From: Phoronis australis
Taxonomy: Eukaryota; Animalia; Phoronida
Reading direction: 5' to 3'
DNA length: 64,000 nt
Assembly: GCA_002633005.1 (NCBI GenBank)
Contig: NMRA01001044.1
Span: 1-64,000, forward strand
In this document: positions 12,171 to 21,518 of the stretch, piece by piece
Numbering within the stretch: the first letter of the stretch is position 1
Layout of the letters: the number at the start of each line of letters is the position of its first letter
Program-made: the position numbers and the translations under genes
The notes under the pieces: model-generated
The model's database searches: none
What the model was told of the DNA's origin: nothing
Seen by the model: the letters and a program-made list of their open reading frames with translations, nothing else

Positions 12171-13940
12171 GTTGACGGACTAGTAAATGAAAGCAAACGA
12201 CGACAGAACTTAACACAACCGAGGGAGAACAATGACTGAGTCGGCAGCTCTCACAGTCAGACTATATGAAAAGAAATTGGGGCGAAATGCTTGCCTGCTA
12301 AAACGTCACTTCCGAAGTAGCGGACGAGTAATTAACAAAATTACGAAAAGCTGTAAATAAGTGGAAAATATGTCTAGGATAACCAACCAACCTTATTTTA
12401 GCACAAAATGACATGAAAAAAGGTTGCCTTCACCTTTAAGGTTTTCAAACTTTTATTACAGCCAATTTTAAAACTGCTCTCTGACTATGAACTTGGCAGC
12501 TAGTACGAGACTGTAGCCATAAATTTGAAGTTTGCTCTGAGCTCTGCAACACGTGAAGCTTGCAAGCGCGCATTTTAGCAAGATGAAATAGTTGCAATCC
12601 AAGTAGAGGCCGCATGGTCACTGTTCGTCTGCGCTCTACAGGGCAAAGTAACAAGACCGCAGGACGGCACGGGGCTATTACTCAGCAATTCTGTAAATTT
12701 AATAGTGAAATCTGAGGGCAAGAGAACCTTTGTTGGGATAGTTCGCTGTTATGACATTTTCCCGTCATGTGGCGACGTGACGATAACGCTCTTTGAAAAG
12801 TGCTATGCGTTCCGAGTACATGTGTGGTGTGGGGACTTAAATCACGAGGTAAGACTAACTGCCCAGGGTGGTTGCCTGTCGTAATAAGCGCCCATGTTCG
12901 GTTAACCATCCACCCTGGATTTTTTGAAATTTCACATTTAAGCGCTCCTGTCTGGTTAACCACCCACCCCCAATTTTTTGGGTTTGACAATTAAACCACC
13001 CAGGGCGTTAACCCGACCGTTTACGTTAACAAAACTGATTTCAATAACGCACATTTAATCGAAAGCGCAAGTCAGACAAAGTAAGATTCCTGAAACAGGT
13101 CATTGGCTACTGAGTGCGCATTACATCACTGCATTTCATATCGAAGTCCGACCCAAAATGTGTAATGTGCAGATTTCGAATTTGTATCTTTTGGGTACAC
13201 ACGAAAACACAACGTCTCCACTGAGTACAAAGATCCAAGGGTTTCTTTGGAAATGCATTCATTAGTTTTTTTATGACATCACACTGGATAGTTTTGGTGA
13301 TTTTTCAGCTTGTAGCACAAATGCTGATACCAAAACTAACTGTAACACTAATGGTCAGCTTCGAAACTATTTAAAATTAACATGGGCCGTACTGAATATA
13401 GCTGAGAAGCGAATTAGTTCACTTAGAATAAGAACCATAATCCATGGTATGGTATGATTATCTTTGTTTACATTTAAATATCACAAAATTGACCAAAATT
13501 GTCTTTTTTAATTTTTCAACACATTCTAACATCGTTCTGAATGCCTACAATTTCTCAGAATCATTGTTCAATGGTAACCATGGTAATCGACCTTGAAATG
13601 ATATATGTAATATTTATTTGGTGCTATTTATCTTTTATGAAAACATTATAAAAATTTCACTCGACAGCCAAATTATGACCTAGATTTTACATAATAATTG
13701 TGCAAGGTCAGGTCACCAAAATCTGTCAAGTACCAATTTCCTCAGAGATCAATAAGGATCCACACAATATATATTATTGCTTCCATATTCAAATAGTTCG
13801 GTGGCGATCGGCAACTCATTTGTCATTTACTCCGAGGATGACCTCACATACCAAAATGTTGATCGAATCATTGGAGATTCAGGGGAATCCAATAAGTCGA
13901 CTGCCCTGTAGGGGAAGCTGGCTAAAGCACACCGCCTTAC

Positions 13941-14061
13941 CACTGCAGAGCTGTTCCACCTTGCTGTTCTGTAGTTGTAGAGAATTGTTCACCCATGCTA
14001 GCATTTTGTTCCAGCTGAGCGTCTCCGCTGTGGCACTCATGGAATGAACATTCACTGCCAT
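13941..14061 (-). CDS. MAPRE1: EB1/MAPRE family microtubule end-binding protein, first coding exon (CH domain N-terminus)
   Basis: Translates [41 protein letters not shown], matching EB1 [37 protein letters not shown]. Acceptor ttttgccttcag has its AG at 14078-14077; donor GTAAGG at 13940 (phase 1). The symbol denotes the family, not a resolved orthologue. Confidence 0.93.
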
Positions 14062-14899
14062 AGTTAATGTCGGTTTCTGAAGGCAAAATATACAACACAT
14101 GATTTAAAACTTCAGTGAACTGCACAACAATACTCAGTAACAGTCATTAAATCAGGGCTTTAAATGACCCATGACAAAAAAGAGGAAATTTTTACGGTCT
14201 TTAAATACACATTTCAATCTAAACCATACCTCAACAGATCGAAAGTTTTAGTGTCCTGTTAGCAAAACGCACTCATCATAAGCAGTACCTGATATCTATA
14301 TCAGCAACAACAATGAAGGCAATTTGACTCAACAAAAGATATTTTTTTAAATTAGAATAATAAAGACAATGATGAAAAATTTGCGGTTTCAGTGGGAGGA
14401 GCTTATTCTTGATTTGCTGCAGGTACACCTATAAAATTATTTTCAATTCTTATAATTACGATACAAAACTACAAAAAAAATTGAAAATCGATCCATAGAT
14501 TAGCTTGAAAGCCTGAAATACATTACCCATTTAATTCCAACGCAAATGAAAAAAGTCAAGATGAAAACCTGTGGCTCATAGTCATACCCCAAACCTTAGC
14601 ATGGAAAAATGAAAGTCAAAAACAACAAAATTTAAACTATGGAATACATCAATCACAATCCTGAACTGGTAAAACTTTTCAGTTTCAAACACTAATTACA
14701 GAAGTTAACTGTTCATAAGCATCGCTAGTGTAGAAGAAACTATGTGACATAAGAAATAACTACCAGGACACTGAAAATCATAGATATCACACTATGCGGC
14801 ACGTAGAAAATCGCACACAGGCAATCAGGCCTTGCTTAGCAGCCAACGACAATGGGCATGCATGTGGGATCAAACAAAAGAATTTCATACATCACTCAC

Positions 14900-14960
14900 A
14901 TCCCACGATTCCAATCCAACGAACAACTGGTTACGGTTGAATTTCCTTTAAGGAAGCGTT
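14900..14960 (-). other. Possible non-coding first exon of the EB/MAPRE gene
   Basis: Strong donor GAT|GTGAGT at 14899, about 820 bp upstream of the acceptor of the ATG exon. The 5' end is approximate. Confidence 0.35.
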
Positions 14961-15076
14961 GTTATTTCTAGTGTTTCATCGTTTTCAGTCGGTCCTCCGA
15001 CTGAAAACGCAGATGCCTTTGATGAACCAAGATCTCCCAAGTACAGGCGCTTAAATTTATCTATTACTCGATTGCC

Positions 15077-15084
15077 TGACGTCA
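15077..15084. promoter_or_regulatory. CRE palindrome TGACGTCA in the putative EB promoter
   Basis: Perfect TGACGTCA about 180 bp upstream (minus-strand sense) of the putative first-exon donor. Confidence 0.3.
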
Positions 15085-15539
15085 CTCACTACTAAGAAAA
15101 CATGTGTGATGGGACATTAGTAACTTTACGCTTATTGTTATTCTTATTTAGTTGCAAATGTTCAGTTAATCTTATGCTTATGTCTTTATTGCATCTCAGT
15201 GCGCCTTTGTTACGTAAGCATTGGGGCGCGACTGTACGTGTGGGGCACTTCGCTAGCGACAGGCTTAGAAGAAAGGTGTTTCCTTCCTTCGCCTATATGA
15301 AATTGATCGTTATCATGTGTATCTGAACTGAAACCGGTATGCCTGATGAGGTGAAATACACATTTTTGATGTTCAGTGGAGACTATATGCTCTGTTACAC
15401 ATGCTTCTTATACCGTTACGAGTCATCGTGAAATTAGAGTGCCTGTGATCCATAATTACATTTTTCGTTCCTCCGAAACAGAAAGAGCAGTTTCCGCTTT
15501 TCGAGTCGTCGGCAACTCCGCGAAGAGAAACCAATTTGT

Positions 15540-18097
15540 CTCGACAATTTGTTCTGTGATGTCAGGAAGGTGGTCATGAACACCAAGTCGGGATCAGTTC
15601 CAGGCCCATCTGGGCTACCGTATATAGTGTGCAAGTGTCCAAGGTTATTACAATGCCTTTGGAAGCTGTTGAGAGTGATTTGGCGCTCAAAGGAGTTGCC
15701 TTGGAGATGGGGAAATGCGGAAGGGGTGTACATTCCGAAAGGCAAAGGTTCTGTGAAGATTGGTGACTTCCAATCTCGTTATTCGATGTGGAGGGGAAAG
15801 TCTTTTTCGCTGTGGTGGCAGACAGGCTACAACATATTTGTTGCAGAACAGTTACATCAACCCATCAGTGCAGAAGGGAGGCATTCCCAGCTACTCTGTT
15901 TGTTTAGAACACAATTGCGTGATCACAGAGTAATCAAGGATGCAAAGAAATTGAAGAAAGACCTGTCTGTGGTATGGCTCGACATGGCCAATGCTTATGG
16001 GTCGATGCCACACAAGCTTATAGAGAAGGCGATGTGTATGTATCATTTGCCAGATCTGCTTTCTCTCATCAGCAAATAATTCACGGGAGCAAGAATGAGA
16101 TTCTCAAAAATGGTTTTACAACGGAGTGGCAACCTTTGCAGATGGGGATCATGACTGGGTACATAATTTCTATAATTCTGTTTGTGATGGCCATGAATGG
16201 TATGATTAAGCGAGCATCCAAGGAGTGGAGGGGACCTTTGTTGCAGAACATGCGTCTACCAAGTTGTCGAGCATATGTGGATGAGATTACTGTTACAACT
16301 CAGTCGGCATTAGGTGCAGGCCGGATTCTAAAAGCATTGTGTGATCTAGCCAGGTGGGCTCCTATGGCGTAGTAGCAAAATCAAGGAGCTTAGTGCTGGT
16401 TCGAGGGAAGATTAACTCACATTTCGCTTTTAAGGTGGAAGATTTGATACCTTCGGGGTCTGATAAGTCAGTAAGTATCTGGGGAAAGAGTATGACAGCA
16501 CATTGAAGGATGGAGACCATGTAAAAGCAGCGCTGAAAAGTTTACAGGAATATCTTCAGAAGACCAATGAGTGCGGATTACCTGGCCACTTTAAGGTGTG
16601 GTGTTACCAGTTTGGTCTATTCCCGAAGGCCATGTGGCCTTTGACAGTGTACGATCTACCTACTACAACAGCGGAGAGGATGGAGTGCTTGGTTAGCCGC
16701 TGGTTGCGCAAGTGGTTAGGCATCCCGCCAAGTTTCACCAGGTTGGGCCTGTACATTAGGTCTTCAGCAGTAAACCTACCTACACTATGTTGGGCCTGTA
16801 CATGAGGTCTTCAGCAGTAAACCTACCTACACGATCTACTGTGGAAGAGTTTAAAGTCATTAAGTGCAGGACTTTCCTGACTCTGAGGGACTCGAGAGAT
16901 GATGATATCAGTGGTGTATAGATTGACGTTTTTGCGGAAAGGAAGTGGAGTCCAGAGGAAGTAGCATCAGCACAGAGCAGGCTTCACCATAAAGATTTAG
17001 TAGGGGCAGTTTCTACAGGACGTGAAGGCCTTGGCATGAAACCGTTTAAGAGGTAGAAGACAACTAGAGGGAAAGAGCGTCGTTCTATAGTGTTAGACGA
17101 AGTACGTCATCAGGAAGAGAAGCGCTTTTCTCATGCTGTTGGTTTGAGAAAGCAGGGCGCCTGGACAGCATGGGAGGGGGTTCACAGTAGGCGCATTACA
17201 GCGAACGACCTGATTTCATGTGACCAGTACAGATTAAGTTTTATTCTGCGTTTTGTGTATGACGTACTCCCTAGTCCGACAAACCTGAAGTTATGGGGAA
17301 GAATAGAAGACGATTCTTGCAGCAGTTGTGGGGAGCGCTGCACTTTACAGCACGTTTTGTCATCCTGTAAGTCGGCTTTTTTTTGGCAGAAAGCTAATAC
17401 AAGTGGAGACATGATATGATTCTCAAGGTGATTGCACATATTTTGGATCCAGAAAGAAGGAAGGTGGTTAGCAACACCGAAAGCCCACTAATATCATTTT
17501 GTAGAGAAGGTGGATTGGGGAGGAGGAAAGATGCAGGTGTGTTGACTACAGCAAGTGACTGGAAGATGATAGTGGATGTAGGGCCGTTGGCAGTATTCCC
17601 GAGCCATATAGTGATGATGACACTCCGGCCTGACTTGGTATTATGGTCAGATGGTACAAAGACATTCATCAGAGTAGATTACTTACAGTACCATGGGAAT
17701 CCCGAATGGTAGAGGTCAACGAGCGGAAAAGGCTTAAGTATGCAGAACTTTCCCATGATTGCTCAGTAGCTGGTTGGAAGTGTTTTTGTATGCCAGTCGA
17801 AATAGGATGCAGAGGTTTCATCGGGAGCAGCAGGTGGAGGTTGATGAAGTTCATAGGTATCAGCACAGTGTTGAGGAAGAATTTGGTGCAGTCAGTGATG
17901 AGATCTGCTGAAGAGGCGTCGTTGTGGTTGTGGTTATGGTTACAGCGAGACAACAGGTGGCACTCCAAGTGATGACCGAACCCTGATCAACTTTGGGGAC
18001 CCGGCTTCCGAGATGATTCTAGATTTGGGGGTCGAAATTATCGATGATGATGCATTCTAGCTGATGACAGCACTTGGGAGAAACAGCACACAACAAC
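15540..18097 (+). mobile_element. Decayed, 5'-truncated non-LTR retrotransposon with C-terminal restriction-like endonuclease (HERO-like clade)
   Basis: Frameshifted ORF pieces: SVPGPSGLPYIVCKCPRLL, AEGVYIPK, VWLDMANAYGSMPH (RT), QMGIMTG, RAYVDEI (YxDD), CSSCGERCTLQHVLSSC (zinc knuckle), RPDLVLW, LTVPWE, RKRLKY, PVEIGCRG (RLE). Stop at 17970-17972, short 3'UTR, CAA-like tail. Internal 48-bp tandem duplication at ~16742-16832. Confidence 0.88.
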
Positions 18098-18502
18098 AGT
18101 GTTTCAGGTAATTTATGGCAAGTCCGATTTTTCTGCGGAAATATAACAAAAAAGCAGAGGGAATAAAAGAAAAAACCGGAAATCCGTGTTTCCGCGGAAA
18201 ATTCCAAGCCTTAATTGCTATATAGGCATGGTGTTAGCAAAAAATCACCAAGGCAATTCTGTTAGTGGTGTCTGCAGAGAACCTACTAAGGTTTTACTAT
18301 ACCATACATTAAAGAAGTCATTGGTCATTCAGAACCAGGATGCCACTGATTCTCTGAATAACATGCAGAGCTCAGTGACCATATAACTATGTTTATGACC
18401 AGCTACTGATTATGTTCCCTGTATATCTCACTTCACTTTTTTTTGATTTTGCAGCGATCGTCCGGTTTTTAATCTTATTGTGGCCAAAAACTGATTAAAT
18501 TA

Positions 18503-19843
18503 CCGTATTCGCCGTAATAACTGCCCATGCCCCTATAAGCACCTCCCCACGCGTTTTCAGACTTTGCTGACACAAGCGCCCAGTCCATGAACATGTACAT
18601 GCGAACAATGACGTACCTATACAGTCCTAAAACTCGGCTACAGTAACGTCTTCAATTTATCAAAAAAAATTTGCACAGGTCTTCTAGACCACCAGCTGCG
18701 CTACTACGTTAGTATTTAGCCGTGACTTACACTTCAAAGTAACACAGCCTTGCTACGCTCTCGCAACGACCATGTGCCACTATATGGTCTGACCTTTCAG
18801 TAGACACATAGACTGTCTCATGAATAAAAATAATTCGGTGTTAAACGCACATGGCCAGGAAGCGCGCGCTACATACATGAACCTGTCATCAAAGACATTA
18901 GTCAGGAACTATCCATTCATGAAACGGGTAGCATAGCATCGATAAGAAATGAATATTGGCACAATTTCCAACAATTTCCAATACTAAACAACATTTGTTT
19001 GCGTTATTTTTGAAATGGATGCTTTGATTAAGCACAATTGGTGTTTTTAAGCCGAATATCCGATAAAATGACAACTGACAGTGAATGCTTACACACACTG
19101 TCAGATAGTTTCGTACACACCCAGCTACACGGCGACTAATATGGGCCTTACCGAGACAAATGTCAAACGCTTTTAGCACATGAGACCGGCAAGTGCTGAA
19201 TGAAACACTCTGGTTTAGGCCTACTGCTTGTGCAAATTTCTTAAGACACCATGCACATCTAACATGTTAGATTGCGTGGCTCTGGCCAAAGGACAGTCTC
19301 TGCTTTGGCAAATAAACTTCAAAACAAACGTCCCGTGACAACATGTATGTTCGCCCAGACATTCTCGCCGTGTTGCCGATCATACATGTAGATGGCACGA
19401 TGTTGCACAGATTTTTACTTAAACCTGCCGTTAATCCAGACTCCACGGGAACTTAAAAAATTTTAGAGACGCTACTTATAAAACTTAATGAGGATTTCAG
19501 GTAATTTGCTTGAGTCGAAACCATTTTTATTCAAGCATTGAAGTCGCCATATCAAAGATGGCGATTTTGAGGCAGTCAGTCGGCGAGTTTTCGCCCTGGG
19601 ATTTCAGCACAATTTTCTGTAAAATGATCGTAATTTGGCAGCAAAGTTTGATAGCAATGCACCACAGTTTTGTTGAAAGTCTTTCATAGATTACATATAC
19701 GTCACAGAGCGTAAATTTGATGCATCTTAGCTTCCGATTTCGCACGTTTCGGAGACCGGGTTTCAACCGCCTTGGGTTATAATAAGCGTCCCCCTGAACC
19801 GAACTTTTCTAAGCACCCTGGGCGGTTATTACAGCGAATACGG
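18503..19843. mobile_element. pogo-like MITE (same family as 7776-8288) carrying ~0.8 kb of extra internal sequence
   Basis: TA|CCGTATTCGCCGTAATAACTGCCCA ... TGGGCGGTTATTACAGCGAATACGG|TA. The flanks align with the reverse complement of 7776-8288. Confidence 0.8.
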
Positions 19844-19974
19844 TAATTTTGACTCAACCTGCCATTCATTCCGACTCTTAGGGAACTTAAAATCTTAGGT
19901 ACACTATCTGGAAATTAAGGATTTCAGATAATTTCCTTCAGTTGAAACAGTATCAAGTTGCCATAGGCCTACCG

Positions 19975-20235
19975 CCAGACGATTGCAAGGTAGTTAGTCA
20001 GCGAGATTTCGCCCTGGGATTTACATATGCACAATTTTCTGTAAAATGATTGTAATTCAACGGCAAGGTTTGACAGCAATGCACCACAATTTTGTATGAA
20101 GTCTGTCATAGGTTACAGATACGTCATAGAGGATGACTCACACCAACTTCCAATTTAACCCGTTTCGGAGACCGGGTTTCAACCACCTTGGCACAATAAA
20201 CGCCCCCCCTTGAAACGGAATTTTCTAAGCGCCCT
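19975..20235. mobile_element. Partial third copy of the same pogo-like MITE
   Basis: Near-repeat of 19560-19820 (TTTCGCCCTGGGATTT..CGGAGACCGGGTTTCAACC..TTTTCTAAGCGCCCT). Confidence 0.7.
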
Positions 20236-21518
20236 CAGGGCTGTAGGAAGCGGGGCGGTACGGGCCATGCACCCCAAAAATTTTCAGACATCAGGGTTCA
20301 ACCGTGGCAACCTATGTACGCATTAGGCGGAGACAGTCGAGAAAAAAATGTTAAATGTGGATAAGAGAAAATTCCAAAGAACATTTAACATCTCTATCAG
20401 TGCATATGGTTTACCGTTTAAGGACCCTGGCCAGGACATTGTTGTTGGGATCTCCGCTTTCGCAGCACAGGTTGTCAAAATGCACTTGACAACGTCCACG
20501 TAATGATTCATGCACATATTTCGAGAAATAGAAAAGAACATTGTAGAGTGTATTAATTACTGGATCTTTAAATTCAATAATTCAATTATGCGACTGCAAA
20601 ACCACATTTTCTAGAAGCCCCTGTTTGGCATGGGATAACAGAGACAATTGTCGCTTTTTTCTCAAACTGCATATCACTTGAGAAAAAAATGATGATATGA
20701 CATCAACTGCTGCACATTTCTTGATTCTTCAAAAAGCTATTTTCATACTGAAGGACCCCACCCTTGAAGGAAGGCATTGATGACATTCAAGTGGTCACCC
20801 TTTTTTATGTTTTTACTGCTAGTTCTTAAGGGTCCACTCACAGATAGAGGGTCCAAAGTTGGACTCGATTACATCTGGTTTCCTGTTTTTTGTTCGGCAA
20901 TATAAACAAAAAGAATGTACCACTTGTCAGTTATCCTGATCTAAAATTAACATCTATTTACATATTTACAAGCATGATAACAAGTTATCGGAAACTTGGG
21001 ACGAAGACAGGGTCGAACGTCAGCACCAACAGTAGGGTGGACAATCAAAAAGTAGGTCACGGTGTCATCTGCCTCCGTGTAAAACCCAAGTCAGTAAATT
21101 ACCCGATTTCAGACTTCAAAGTTAACTATAAGATAATTTTGTGGTATAAATCATTACCTTAGTCTTTATTTGTAAGTTTGTAATCTTTTTGTCTCAGATT
21201 ATTGCTGATAAATCATTTTTTATAAGCTTTTTTTAGCGCCCGATTTTCCGCCATGCGAACAACTTTTGAAAAAGTGCCTCTTGGGCTATCCAAAACAGCA
21301 CTATACTCTCAAATACAAACATGAAATTTGGACAGGATGTAGTTTAGATGCGTGCGCATCTCCTCAAGTTGTTTTCTCGAAGTTAAAGCCAACTTTTCAT
21401 GGCGAGTTTTTGATCGTCCGGAAGGCCTAATTTTGGTCGGTCGGGAGATTGATGTTTTTCCAGTTGCGCAATATGCCCCCCCTCGGTTATAAAATGAGGA
21501 ATTTATCACTCCTTTAAT

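Larger units (their letters stand above)
10740..12435. mobile_element. Kolobok DNA transposon, internal-deletion derivative (1696 bp)
   Basis: TTAA (10736-10739)|AGGCGAAGGCAACCTTTTTTCATGTCATTTTG ... CAAAATGACATGAAAAAAGGTTGCCTTCACCT|TTAA (12436-12439); ~155-bp TIRs; AG..CT termini; two convergent ORF remnants. Confidence 0.88.
8832..13026. mobile_element. pogo-like non-autonomous TIR element (TA TSD) hosting a nested Kolobok
   Basis: TA|CTGTAAACGTTCGGGTGAACGCCC ... GGGCGTTAACCCGACCGTTTACGT|TA, with subterminal repeats of GGTTAAC/GCGCCC motifs at both ends. Confidence 0.7.

Noticed and set aside
13571-13588. RFX X-box-like GGTAACCATGGTAAT in the EB intron, suggesting ciliary regulation
   Set aside because: Imperfect match, and similar motifs occur several times elsewhere in the window, so it is not specific.
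15341-15360. Minimal hammerhead CTGATGAGGTGAAA
   Set aside because: No room for stem II and no convincing stems I/III.
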